Assembly (NCBI GenBank): GCA_963701035.1
Contig: OY969562.1
Location: 1,491,459-1,555,458, forward strand
Source: an uncultured Solirubrobacterales bacterium
Lineage (GTDB): Bacteria; Actinomycetota; Thermoleophilia; Solirubrobacterales; Solirubrobacteraceae
Length of the DNA: 64,000 nt
Direction of reading: 5' to 3'
Both the position numbers and the translations under genes were made by a program. The notes beneath the pieces were generated by a model that was given only the letters and a program-made list of their open reading frames with translations, had not been told where the DNA came from and did no database searches. This document shows positions 8,888-18,719 of the stretch, one piece after another; position 1 is the stretch's first letter, and every line of letters starts with the position of its first letter.

Positions 8888-10057
8888 GTGGAGGACAAAC
8901 CCAGCGCGAACCTACCCGAGAGGGGAGATGCCGGCTTGCCGGATGCGAGCTATGCCGAGGTGCTCGCGGACATAAAGACGCGGGTTGATGCGGCTCGTGT
9001 GCGGGCGTTGCGCGCGGCTAACGCGGAGTTGATGGGGGTCTACTGGCACATCGGACGGCACATCGCCGAGCAGGAGGATGCCGCGCCGGTCAAACGTGGC
9101 CGTAGCGCTCCGAAGATCATCGCGCGTCTCTCTGCGGACCTCCGCGCCGCGTACCCGGACACCACGGGATTCTCGCCGCGAAACCTCCGCTACATGCGGG
9201 ACCTGTCCCGCGCGTGGACTGAGGAGGAAATGTTGCAACACGGTGTTGCAACATTTCCCTGGGGCCACATCGTTGCTCTGCTGGGCATCCGTGACCCCGG
9301 GATCCGAGCCTGGTACGCCGAGCGCGCCGGCGAATGGACGCGGCCCGTGCTTCAGCACCATATCGCCAACGACCTGCATCTCTCCCAGGGCGCGGCGCCC
9401 AGCAACTTCGAGCGCGCTCTGCCCCCCGGTGACGCCGAAGCCGCGCAGGCACTGACCCGCGATCCGTTGATCGTGGACTTCATCCGGGGCACACCGGGAC
9501 GCGAGCGCGATCTCGAGCTCGCCCTGCTCGCCGACATCGAGCGCTTCATGACCGCACTCGGCAAGGGCTTCTCCTTCTACGGGCGCCAGCTCCCACTCAC
9601 GGTCGGCGACCGCGACTTCGCCACCGACCTGGTCTTCTACCACCACCCCCAGCGTCGGTTCGTGGTGATCGAGCTGAAGATCGGCGAGTTCGACCCCGAG
9701 CACGCCGGCAAGCTCAACTTCTACGTCAATGCCGTCGACGAGCAACTCGCCGCCCCCGAGGACACGCCCACCATCGGGATCCTCCTCTGCGCCACTCGCG
9801 ATGAGGCAGTCACGGAGATGACCCTCCGCGGCATCTCGAGCCCAATCGCCGTTGCACGATGGAAGACAGGCTCGGAGATGACCATCACAGAAGAGCCCAC
9901 CGTCTCACCAGGAATGCAAGCCGAGCTGGCAGAGATGCGCGACGTAGAGGTCGAGCTGACCGCCTTCGCCACCCGTCAGCTGGCCGCGATCGAAGAGACC
10001 ACACCCGACCCCGGCCAAGACATCACCGGCGATCCCGCGGACCCGTCTGGCGCATAG
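8888..10057 (+). CDS. YhcG/DUF1016 family PD-(D/E)XK nuclease, full length
   Basis: N-terminal YWHIG..GFSPRNLRYMR..PWGH; C-terminal DLVFYH..FVVIELKIGEF..GKLNFY..IGILLC. Confidence 0.9.
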   Translation: MEDKPSANLPERGDAGLPDASYAEVLADIKTRVDAARVRALRAANAELMGVYWHIGRHIAEQEDAAPVKRGRSAPKIIARLSADLRAAYPDTTGFSPRNLRYMRDLSRAWTEEEMLQHGVATFPWGHIVALLGIRDPGIRAWYAERAGEWTRPVLQHHIANDLHLSQGAAPSNFERALPPGDAEAAQALTRDPLIVDFIRGTPGRERDLELALLADIERFMTALGKGFSFYGRQLPLTVGDRDFATDLVFYHHPQRRFVVIELKIGEFDPEHAGKLNFYVNAVDEQLAAPEDTPTIGILLCATRDEAVTEMTLRGISSPIAVARWKTGSEMTITEEPTVSPGMQAELAEMRDVEVELTAFATRQLAAIEETTPDPGQDITGDPADPSGA

Positions 10058-10267
10058 CCCGTCCTCGACCGCTCGCACTGACGCTGCGGAAGTCTGAACT
10101 GGGCTACGACGTCGAGAAATCGTTGAACCGTGTTCGAAGCTGCGTGTGCACATAGATCTCGGCGACGCTCGATCGGACACCTTTCAAGTCATCGTCGAAC
10201 GTTTGGGGCGACGGCCTGAGTACAGGTAGGGTCGGGTGAGTCGAAGTCGGGTATCAGCTGTTCGCTT

Positions 10268-10296
10268 TGACGCGGGGCAGGACGCCCCGCGCCCAC
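10268..10296. repeat. Hairpin repeat B, copy 3
   Basis: Identical 29-mer. Confidence 0.9.
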
Positions 10297-10367
10297 CAGC
10301 CTTGGGGGTCCCAGCGAGCTGCGAGGATGCGACCCAAACACATCCATACAAAAAAACACCCCATAGA

Positions 10368-10922
10368 ATCACCGGTGGCGAGAAAAACCTCGCCGAAGGC
10401 GTCACCGACTCGATCGGCGGCGGCTACGAGAACAAGGACTCCAAGCTCCAGAGCTCGGTCAGCGGTGGGGCGCACAACATCGCCTCGAACAACTCGGCCT
10501 CGGTCAGCGGCGGTCTCGAAAACGAAGCTTCAGGGTTTGAATCCTCGGTGAGTGGCGGCAATAAAGGCGAAGCGACTGGGACGTGGGACTCGATCAGCGG
10601 CGGCTTTGAAAACAAAGCCAGCGGGACCGAAGCGGCCAGCGTCAGCGGCGGCCTGCAGAACACCGCCGGCGGCAGCTTTCAGAGCTGGGTCGGTGGGGGC
10701 TACAGAAACGACGCTACGGGCATACAGTCCTCGGTGAGTGGTGGTGACAAAAATGCCGCGAGCAGCCAGTACTCCTCGGTCAGCGGCGGCTCTGAAAACA
10801 GAGCCGAAGGCGAAAGCTCTTCGGTCAGCGGCGGCAAAGAAAACAAGGCCGCGAAGAACTTCTCCGCGATCCTCGGGGGGAAACTCAAGGAAACCACGAC
10901 TGAATTCGAAGCCCTGCTCTAG
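10368..10922 (+). pseudogene. Cassette S3 (5' repeats like S1, different 3' repeats and terminus)
   Basis: ITGGEKN..first 4 repeats shared with S1, then diverges to SAILGGKLKETTTEFEALL. Confidence 0.75.
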
Positions 10923-10944
10923 CCGGTAGTCCACTGAAGCGTCG

Positions 10945-11290
10945 GACGCGGGGCATGGATGCTCCGCGCCCCGTGCTCGCTTAGAGATGAGCTGCGCAAC
11001 TGAGCTGGGTGGTTACCCTCGCGTGCTTGCTTGGGAACGAGCTACGCAACTCGGCTGGGTGATTATTGGCGCGGGGTTGCTTGGGACGAGCTGAGAACAA
11101 TCGGCGTCGCTGAAGGACGAGTTGTGCGACGAGGGCTGGTGGTGAGTTGCCCGGGTTTGGAAAATCCAGCTACGCAACTGGGCTGGGTGGTGATTGGCGC
11201 GTTGTTGCTTGCCGGCGTTTTCGTGGTTTGATTCGCGGTTGTTAATCCGCGTAAACAGTTTGGGCGCTGTTGTGGGTCCCTGGTCCTCTT
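10945..11290. repeat. Composite repeat A, copy 4, with internal tandem sub-repeats and a B-like hairpin (10945-10971)
   Basis: Three GCTxCGCAACTxxGCTGGGTG units (~10990, ~11041, ~11168), then TTAATCCGCGTAAAC..GGTCCCTG. Confidence 0.8.
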
Positions 11291-11450
11291 GGGCCTGGGC
11301 GTTGGTGGCGAGATCGGGGGTTCTGTCGAGGCGGGCGGTGAGCGTTTTCGCGCCAGGTTTTGCCTTGCATGGCCCGGAACGACGGGGGTTTAGGGGGTGG
11401 GCGGCATCCCGATCGCGGTTCCCGTCGTAGGTGCGGCGTAGCTTTGTGGG

Positions 11451-11957
11451 ATGGCTCCTTCTAAGAGGGACAAGCGGCGTGCCAAAGCGCGCGGCACCGA
11501 CGGCGCGGGCGTCTCGCCGACCACCGTGAGATGGTCGCTCGCTTTCTACAGGACCGACAAGGGCCTGGCGCCTGCCCGCAGCTTTCTGCTCGATTGCCCG
11601 CAACCGGTGCGGGAGATGCTCCTGGCGATCGTGGTCGCGGTACGCGACGCGCCTCCACCGAGTTTCCCGCCGAGCAGGATGTGGCATGTCATGCACGGTG
11701 AGATGAAGGGGTTCTACGAGGCACGCGACGAGCACGATGGTCAGCTGTATCGCGTGTTCTGTGTGCTCGACAGCCAAGCACCGGAGCACGGACTGGACGC
11801 CAAAGCCCTCACGCTGATCTGCGGCGGGGTCAAGCCGGTCCGCAAGCCGATGGACAAGAGCGTGTACAACAAAGCGCTGACCTACCGTCAGGACTATCTG
11901 GCGACACGGCGGATCGTGCTGGGAATGGGCGTTCCGAGAGACCAGCGAAAGTCTTGA
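11451..11957 (+). CDS. Type II toxin (Gp49/HigB-like), copy 2
   Basis: Near-identical to 3432-3938. Confidence 0.7.
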   Translation: MAPSKRDKRRAKARGTDGAGVSPTTVRWSLAFYRTDKGLAPARSFLLDCPQPVREMLLAIVVAVRDAPPPSFPPSRMWHVMHGEMKGFYEARDEHDGQLYRVFCVLDSQAPEHGLDAKALTLICGGVKPVRKPMDKSVYNKALTYRQDYLATRRIVLGMGVPRDQRKS

Positions 11958-11988
11958 GCAACATGAACTTATATGTTATGGTTCTCGG

Positions 11989-12360
11989 ATGATGGCTACC
12001 GACACCACGCTCACAGGTCAGGCATTCGACGAGTTCCTCGAGGGCCAGCTCGCCGACCCCTCGTTCAGAGCTGGATTTGAGAAGAAGCTCGCGAAGGTCA
12101 AGAGCATCGCCGAGGTGCTGCAGGTCATCGAGCTGGCTAGGGAGCGAGAGAACATTCCCAAGGCTGAGCTCGCCCGGCGCATGGAACGCAAGCCCGAGGC
12201 GATCTCACGGCTCCTGCGCGGCGAGGGCGCCAACCCGACGCTCGAGACCCTGATCGACCTGGCCGATGCGATCGGGCTCGAGCTCGACATCCGCATCCGC
12301 CGCCAGCCGGCCAAACGCAACGGCAAGTACTCGCCGCTGAAGGTTCACTCCACCGTCTGA
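11989..12360 (+). CDS. Xre-HTH antitoxin, copy 2
   Basis: Near-identical to 3970-4341. Confidence 0.85.
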   Translation: MMATDTTLTGQAFDEFLEGQLADPSFRAGFEKKLAKVKSIAEVLQVIELARERENIPKAELARRMERKPEAISRLLRGEGANPTLETLIDLADAIGLELDIRIRRQPAKRNGKYSPLKVHSTV

Positions 12361-12411
12361 GCGGCCGCCAAAGTTCGTGGTCGGCCGACCCTGGTCGGAG
12401 AACACACCCAT

Positions 12412-12440
12412 TGACGCGGGGCAGGACGCCCCGCGCCCAC
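12412..12440. repeat. Hairpin repeat B, copy 4
   Basis: Identical 29-mer. Confidence 0.9.
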
Positions 12441-12510
12441 GACCTTGGGATACCCAACCACACGCGAGGATGCGGCCCAAGACACATCCCTAAAAAAGAC
12501 ACCCCATAGA

Positions 12511-12580
12511 ATCACCGGTGGCGAGAAAAACGTTGCCGAAGGTGTCACCGGCTCGATCAGTGGCGGTTTTGAAAACAAAG
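12511..12580 (+). pseudogene. Cassette S4, truncated after ~23 codons
   Basis: ITGGEKNVAEGVTGSISGGFENK runs directly into the repeat A hairpin. Confidence 0.7.
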
Positions 12581-12631
12581 GTGGGCCGGGCTGGGTGGCT
12601 GTTAGCTACCCGGCCCGGTTAGGGACGAGCT
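12581..12631. repeat. Composite repeat A, copy 5, left part (split by IS110; resumes 13976-14235 with tandem duplication)
   Basis: ...AGGGACGAGCT|IS|AGGAACAGTCGG... Confidence 0.9.
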
Positions 12632-12646
12632 GTGTAGTTTTGGGTG

Positions 12647-12896
12647 TGCCTGCCGGGCTCGGTGAGTGTGGTGGGTGCCGGTGTCTTCGTAGCGAGCCCG
12701 TAGGGCGAGCGGAGAAGACGCCGGGTGGTGGCGTCCGCCGCCCCCGCGAGGGTGCCGGTGGCGACGGGATGACCCGGGGACGAGTCGGCCCGAGTTGGTG
12801 CCTTTGCGTAGACCTGTCTCCCGCCGCCACCGCACCGGATGCCGCCGTGACTTCATAGAAGCCTGACTTTGCTTGACACAGCTCTGTCCGACGGCC
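12647..12896 (+). ncRNA. Predicted IS110 bridge RNA, copy 2
   Basis: Target guides GGGACGAG 12777-84 and TTGCGTAG 12804-11; donor guides ATAGAAGC 12855-62 and ACACAG 12876-81; ends approximate. Confidence 0.75.
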
Positions 12897-12928
12897 TCCA
12901 CATCACCAACCAGACGATGAGGAGACAA

Positions 12929-13942
12929 ATGATGATCGCAGTTGGAGTGGACACCCACAAGCACGAGCACCTCGCCAGAGCCCTCGACCACCTCGGACAG
13001 GCCCTGGGGGGTCTGACTATCAACGCGAGCCTGGCCGGCTACATGAAGCTCACCCAATGGCTCAGAACGCTCGAGGGAGAAGTTGTCGTTGGGATCGAGG
13101 GCGCCGGCAGCTACGGCGCCGGACTTTGCGAGTTTCTCCTCGCCGAGGGGATCACCGTGGTGGAGGTCGAGCGTCCCCGCCGCCAGGACCGCCGAAGGGG
13201 GAAGTCCGACGAGATCGACGCGTTGATGGCCGCGAAGAAGGTGCTCGCCGACGACGGGCTCTCCACACCCCGAGCCGGCGGCACACGCCAAGCACTCGCA
13301 GCCTTGCTGATCGCGCAGCGCACCTGCAAGGGCGAGCGCACACGGCTCCTCAACCAGATCCAAGCACTGAACACCACCGCACCCCTCGCGCTGCGCGAAA
13401 GGGTCGGCGAGGGCAACGGCCGCGACCTCGCCCAACGACTCATCAAGATGCGCACCCGCAACGACCGGCCCGCAAGCGAGCACCTGATCTTCACCGTTAT
13501 GCGTGACCTCTCCCGCCGAGCGCAAGAGCTCGCCGCCCAAGCCAGGACCTACGAGCACGAGCTCACCATCCTGATCAGCTCCCTGGACCCCACACTCCTG
13601 CAGGAAGACGGAGTCGGCCCGATCTCCGCAGCCAAGCTCCTGGTCTGTGACCCCAAACGCCTCAAGAGCGAGGCAGCGTTCGCGCGCTGCAACGGAACCG
13701 CCCCCAAGCCCGCCAGCAGCGGACAAACAATCCGCTACCGCCTCTCCCGCGGCGGCGACCGCCAAGCCAACAACGCGATCCACACCATCGCCCTGCACCG
13801 AGCCCGCCGCGACACCCAAACCCGCGCCTACCTCGACCGACGCACCAGCGAAGGAAAGACCAAACGCGAGGCCATGCGCGCACTCAAGCGACACCTCTCC
13901 CGCCACCTCTACAAACAACTCATCAACATCCCCCTCACCTGA
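12929..13942 (+). CDS. IS110 family recombinase/transposase, copy 2
   Basis: Same motifs as copy 1 with scattered substitutions. Confidence 0.95.
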   Translation: MMIAVGVDTHKHEHLARALDHLGQALGGLTINASLAGYMKLTQWLRTLEGEVVVGIEGAGSYGAGLCEFLLAEGITVVEVERPRRQDRRRGKSDEIDALMAAKKVLADDGLSTPRAGGTRQALAALLIAQRTCKGERTRLLNQIQALNTTAPLALRERVGEGNGRDLAQRLIKMRTRNDRPASEHLIFTVMRDLSRRAQELAAQARTYEHELTILISSLDPTLLQEDGVGPISAAKLLVCDPKRLKSEAAFARCNGTAPKPASSGQTIRYRLSRGGDRQANNAIHTIALHRARRDTQTRAYLDRRTSEGKTKREAMRALKRHLSRHLYKQLINIPLT

Positions 13943-14418
13943 AAAAAAGATGCCCTTGACACAATAGAAGCGTCTAGGAACAGTCGGCGCCGCTTTACTC
14001 GAGCTACGCAACTCGGCTGGGTGGTTACCGGAGCGTGCTTGCTTGGGGATGAGCTAAGACAACCAGCCACTCTTTACTCAAGCTACGCAACTCGGCTGGG
14101 TGGTTACCGGAGCGTGCTTGCTTGCCAGCCGTTGCGTGCCTGAATTTGGTTGTTGTTATTCCGCGTAAACGTTTTGACCGCTGTTGCCGGTCCCTGATGC
14201 GTTTTGATCGCTGCCGGTGGTCCCTGATGGACCAGCGCGCCGGCGCGGCGCGCACGTGATCGATCGCCTCCAACCCACAGCTCGAGGATCGCGCGGCGAT
14301 CGAGGTCTTCCTCGAGGGTTCGTTTGATCAGGTCAGACGCGCTGACGCCGGCGGGTCCGGCGGGCCGCTCCCCTTGCCCACCCCTGATGGCCGGATCCCG
14401 TCCGGAGCCAATGCGAAC

Positions 14419-15255
14419 ATGTGTTCGATGACTGGTCCTCCACCCATACGCCGCAGCGACGCGCTGCCGGCCGACTACCCGCAGTTCCTGGCCGAGATCA
14501 AGGCCCGGATCGCGGGCGCGCGCACCCGTGCAGTACTCGCGGTCAACAGCGAGCTGATCCGGCTCTACTGGGAGATCGGGCACGAGATCCTCGAGCGCGA
14601 GCAGCGCGAGGGATGGGGCGCCAAGGTCATCAACCGCCTAGCGGAGGATCTCCGGCGCGAGTTCCCCGACATGACGGGGCTCTCGCTGCGGAACCTTCGC
14701 TACATGCGAGCGTTTGCCCGAGCGTGGCCCGCCGAGAGCCCGTCCTCAATTGTGCAACAGCCTGTTGCACAATTGCCCTGGGGGCACAACGTCACGCTGC
14801 TCGACAAGCTCGACGACTCCGCAGGACGGCTTTGGTACGCCGGTCAAGCCGTCGAGAACGGGTGGTCTCGCAACGTCCTGCAGGCCCAGATCGCGAGCGA
14901 TCTCCGTGGTCGCCAGGGCAGCGCGCTAACAAGCTTCGACCACGCGCTGCCGGAGCCGGACTCGGAGCTCGTTCGCGACGCGATCAAGGACCCCTACAAC
15001 TTCGAGTTCCTCGGCCTGGCTGGGCGGGCGAAGGAGCGCGACCTCGAGCGGGCCCTGCTTCGAGGCATCGACAGCCCGGTGGCGATTGCGCGCTACACCA
15101 CGAGCGAGGTCACGCTGACGCAGACACCACCGCCGGAGATGCAGCCCGCGCTCCCGGACCTTCCCGCGCTGGCAAGCGAGCTATCCGACATCGTCGAGGC
15201 AGCCAACGCTGCGCACGACGATGGGGCGACGGAGGACGAGACGGGAAACAGTTAG
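14419..15255 (+). CDS. YhcG/DUF1016 protein lacking the nuclease core
   Basis: Intact N-terminal domain; DLERALL is joined directly to RGIDSP. Confidence 0.75.
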   Translation: MCSMTGPPPIRRSDALPADYPQFLAEIKARIAGARTRAVLAVNSELIRLYWEIGHEILEREQREGWGAKVINRLAEDLRREFPDMTGLSLRNLRYMRAFARAWPAESPSSIVQQPVAQLPWGHNVTLLDKLDDSAGRLWYAGQAVENGWSRNVLQAQIASDLRGRQGSALTSFDHALPEPDSELVRDAIKDPYNFEFLGLAGRAKERDLERALLRGIDSPVAIARYTTSEVTLTQTPPPEMQPALPDLPALASELSDIVEAANAAHDDGATEDETGNS

Positions 15256-15268
15256 CACCCCCACCCCC

Positions 15269-15290
15269 TGACGCGGGGCAGGGACGCGCC
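15269..15290. repeat. Hairpin repeat B, partial copy 5
   Basis: TGACGCGGGGCAGG preceded by the AGCACCCCCACCCC leader seen at other B copies. Confidence 0.7.
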
Positions 15291-15342
15291 CTGGTGGTAA
15301 GACAGCGCGCCATTCGAAACGCTCGCGTCTCGTCCGTTGCGA

Positions 15343-16758
15343 TCATGTCGGTGTCTTGGAGCGGGACGCCTCTTCTGTCCGCGAAAGCAAGCGCACGCCA
15401 AGGTCGCCATGTTTCTGGCGTGGAGGGGGTGTGTGGGGTTGGAGTGTGATGCGTCCGCCGCGTGCGGGTACGATGAATACGTTGCGGTGCGCGACTCGCT
15501 CTGCTCGCTGGTGGGAGGGTTCGAGGCGGGCGTGGCGCAGGATTGTCCTGAGCACGATTCGGGCCTCGGAGAGGGAGAACGCGGCGCCGATGCATCGTCT
15601 GGGTCCGCCGCCGAAGGGGATCCAGGTGTAGGTGCCGGCGCGCGTGTCAAGGAAGCGCTCGGGGCGGAAGGCGAGCGGGTCTGGGTAGAGCTCGGGACGG
15701 CGGTGCACGAGCGTTATGTAGGGGACGACCATCGTGCCGCTCGGGATCGTCAGCCCGGGTAGCTCGAACTGCTCGGTGGCGAGTCGTGCGGTGAGCGGGA
15801 AAGCTGGGCGCAATCGCATCGCCTCCTTGATGACCGCGTCGAGGTACTCATCGTCTCCGTCGAGCGCGGCGGCTTGCAGGCGTGTGAGCGCGTCGGGGTA
15901 GCGGCTGACGCGCTCGAATATCCACGTCAGGGTCGAAGCGGTCGTGTCGTGGCCACCGAGCAGCAGGGTGCGCATCGCGTCGCAGATCTCCTCGTCGCTC
16001 ATCAGGCGGTCTTGGCTGTCGGGTGTGCGCAGGAACATTCCGAGCACGTCCTGGCCGTCGAGTTGACCGCTGCTGCGGCGGTGGGCGACCTCTTCCAGCA
16101 CGATCGCGTCGACCGCGTCGATCGCGCGGCGGACTCGTGGGAACGGTCTGTCCCACCCGTTCTGGCGGCTGGTCGCGATTATCGTCTGCAGGAAGAACCG
16201 CCGTGAGTGGCCCTCGGCAAGCAGCGCGAGCGTCGCTGAGCGCAACCGGTTGACGCGCGCGGGGTCGGTGACCCCGAACACGGTGGCCATGATCACCTCG
16301 AGGCTGATCGCTTCCATGTGCGGCTGGGAGGGAGTGGGGTGCCCGTAGGGCCAGCGTGCGAGAACCTCTTCGGTCTTGCGCTGCATCGTCTCGTGGTAGC
16401 CGGCAAGCGCGTCGCCGTGGAACGGGGGCAGCTGCGTGCGCCGCCTGCGCATGTGCTCGGCGCCGTCGATGTTCGTGAGTCCCGTCGGGCCGAGGAAGAG
16501 ATGGTGCGCGGACGCCTTCGCCAGCGCCGCTCCAAGTGCAAGCACGCCGGTGTCGGCTGTGAAGATGCGCTTGATGTCCTCGGGATCGGTCAGGCACAGC
16601 CACGGCCCCGTCGCCGGCATCGGCACGAGGAAACGGTCGCCGAGGCGCTGGCAGTGGCGCGCGAACTGCTCCGGGGCCAGCCAGTACTGGGCGGCATTGA
16701 CAACCGCGGGGCGTCGCAGTCGAGGCAAGTCGGTAAGTGTCTGGTCCATGAGCCACAT
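15343..16758 (-). CDS. Cytochrome P450
   Basis: GGHDTT (I helix), EAMR (ExxR), FGGGPRRCIG heme-thiolate motif. Confidence 0.95.
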   Translation of the reverse strand: MWLMDQTLTDLPRLRRPAVVNAAQYWLAPEQFARHCQRLGDRFLVPMPATGPWLCLTDPEDIKRIFTADTGVLALGAALAKASAHHLFLGPTGLTNIDGAEHMRRRRTQLPPFHGDALAGYHETMQRKTEEVLARWPYGHPTPSQPHMEAISLEVIMATVFGVTDPARVNRLRSATLALLAEGHSRRFFLQTIIATSRQNGWDRPFPRVRRAIDAVDAIVLEEVAHRRSSGQLDGQDVLGMFLRTPDSQDRLMSDEEICDAMRTLLLGGHDTTASTLTWIFERVSRYPDALTRLQAAALDGDDEYLDAVIKEAMRLRPAFPLTARLATEQFELPGLTIPSGTMVVPYITLVHRRPELYPDPLAFRPERFLDTRAGTYTWIPFGGGPRRCIGAAFSLSEARIVLRTILRHARLEPSHQRAERVAHRNVFIVPARGGRITLQPHTPPPRQKHGDLGVRLLSRTEEASRSKTPT

Positions 16759-16766
16759 CCTCTCTA

Positions 16767-16791
16767 GTTACTCTGTACGAAATACAGTAAC
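16767..16791. promoter_or_regulatory. Imperfect palindrome between divergent P450 and TetR (candidate TetR operator)
   Basis: GTTACtcTGTA-cgaaa-TACAGTAAC. Confidence 0.5.
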
Positions 16792-16800
16792 ATAGTACCC

Positions 16801-17424
16801 ATGGTGCCGATAGCCGAACTCCTTGACGTGACTCCTGTCGTGGGCGAGGACGTGCTGTTTGACCGGGTTGCCGCGGCGGCGCTCGAAGAGTTCGCCGAGC
16901 ACGGCATCCGTCGCACCTCGATGGAAGACGTCGCGCGTCGCGCCGGTGTCTCACGAATGACCGTTTTCCGCCGGTTCGCGAGCAAGCAACGCCTCGTCGA
17001 GATCGTCATCGCACGCGAGGTCAATCGCGGAATGCAAGAGCTCGACCTCCTCTGGGAAGGCGCGGAAACACTCGAGGACCGACTCGTCGCAGGGTTCGAG
17101 TTCGCCGGGCGCTACGTCCGCGGGCACCCACTATTCGACCGGCTCCTGCGCAGTGAACCCGAGGTCCTGCTACCGCCGCTCACGCTCGACGGCGGACCCG
17201 TGCTCGAGCTCTACCGATCACTCATCGCACATCGACTCCAGGCCGAAGTCAACGCCGGACGCGCCACGACATCAGACATCGACGGTGTCGCTGAGGTGAT
17301 CGCACGCCTCGCGATCTCACTACTACTCACCCGCGACGGGACCATCACACTCGAGGACCCAAACTCCGTCCGGCGCCTAGTCAACCTCACAGTACTCCCC
17401 ATGCTCCAACCACAACAGGACTAG
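16801..17424 (+). CDS. TetR/AcrR family regulator
   Basis: TSMEDVARRAGVSRMTVFRRFASK HTH. Confidence 0.92.
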   Translation: MVPIAELLDVTPVVGEDVLFDRVAAAALEEFAEHGIRRTSMEDVARRAGVSRMTVFRRFASKQRLVEIVIAREVNRGMQELDLLWEGAETLEDRLVAGFEFAGRYVRGHPLFDRLLRSEPEVLLPPLTLDGGPVLELYRSLIAHRLQAEVNAGRATTSDIDGVAEVIARLAISLLLTRDGTITLEDPNSVRRLVNLTVLPMLQPQQD

Positions 17425-17654
17425 CCGCCGATCCGCCTAACCCACGGCGCGATGCCACTCAGACGAAGCGCACCCTCTCGCTTTGTGTGTGATCCGCGCG
17501 TCTCAAGGGGCACCCAGCTCACTCCTGCTCCGGACGACAAACAAGCGTCTTGGCCACCCGCATGAGCACTGGTCGCAGTGCTGTCCGTGTGAGGGCAGCA
17601 CGCGGCTTGGCGTCACTCTGATATCAGGCCCTTCCCGGTACGCACACCACCCTT

Positions 17655-17684
17655 TGACGCGGGGCATGGAGGCCCCGCGCCCAC
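17655..17684. repeat. Hairpin repeat B, copy 6 (loop variant)
   Basis: TGAC-GCGGGGC-ATGGAG-GCCCCGC-GCCCAC. Confidence 0.85.
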
Positions 17685-17746
17685 TCCCATCGGAAACGCC
17701 AACACCACGCGTGGATGCGCCCCAAAAAGACACCCAATTTCATTCA

Positions 17747-18307
17747 AGCAGCGGCGGCGTTTTGAACATTGCGAGCGCTCACGGAAGCTCGATCGCCGGT
17801 GGCTTCAGGAACACCGCGAGCGCCAACGAGTCCGCGATCGCCGGTGGCTGCTCGAACGTCGCGGGCGCCACCGCCCCCACGATCAGCGAATGCACCGAAA
17901 ACGAAGGTTACTTCCCATCGATCCTCGGCGGCGTCGGCAACCAGGCCAGCGGGACGAACGCCACCGTCAGCGGCGGCACCGGCCACACGGCGAGCACAGT
18001 CGACGGCGTCGCCGGCGCGTTGAGCAGCCTCTCGATCGTTCGCACCGAAAAGGAAGTCGGGGCAGGCAACAGCGCCCAAACGTATGCCAACTGCCCGACC
18101 GGCGAGATCGCAACCGGTGGTGGAGTCGGCGCGGCACAGGGCGGCAACAGCGCCGACAACCTGTGGCAGACCGGTCCCGTGAACGCGGCGAACGGCCTCT
18201 TCTCCAACACCACGATGGGGACGCTTCCGGTGAGCTGGTACGGAAGCTACCTCAACAACAGCGGCAAATCGGAGACCGCCTACACCTGGGCCCTCTGCAG
18301 CCCCTGA
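17747..18307 (+). pseudogene. Cassette S6: Gly repeats plus Cys-bounded C-terminal domain
   Basis: SxGGxxN repeats, then ANCPTGEIATGGG...WALCSP; no start or signal peptide. Confidence 0.65.
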
Positions 18308-18399
18308 TCGATCCGCAGCACCTGACGCGCAATCGCTGAGGCGCAGCACCTGATGCTCGGCACCCCCCGGGGCCTGAAGGCCCCGGGGTGCAGTCAGCG

Positions 18400-18545
18400 C
18401 CTTTTACTTCAGCTACGCAACTCGGCTGGGTGGTTACCGGAGCGTGCTTGCTTGCCGGCCCGCGCGTGCCTGAATTTGGTTGTTGTTATTCCGCGTAAAC
18501 GTTTTTGCCGCTGTTGGCGGTCCCTGGTGGACCAGCGCGCCGGCA
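18400..18545. repeat. Composite repeat A, copy 6
   Basis: CTTTTACTTCAGCTACGCAACTCGG...TTATTCCGCGTAAACG...GGTCCCTG. Confidence 0.9.
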
Positions 18546-18719
18546 CGGTGCGGACGTGGTTGATCGGCTCCAACCCGCTGCTCGAGGGATCGCGCGGCGA
18601 TCAAGGTCTTCCTCGAGGGTTCGTTTGATCAGGTCAGACGCGCTGACGCCGGCGGGTCCGGCGGGCCGCTCCCCTTGCCCACCCCTGATGGCCGGATCCC
18701 GTCCGGAGCCAATGCGAAC

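Larger units (their letters stand above)
12632..13975 (+). mobile_element. IS110-family element, copy 2
   Basis: CT cores at 12630-31 and 13974-75; same end sequences as copy 1. Confidence 0.92.

Noticed and set aside
10326-10370. Programmed -1 frameshift from the ATG in GGATGCG through the poly-A tract into cassette S
   Set aside because: Works on paper for S2/S3, but S1/S4 have an in-frame TAA first and S7 lacks the tract
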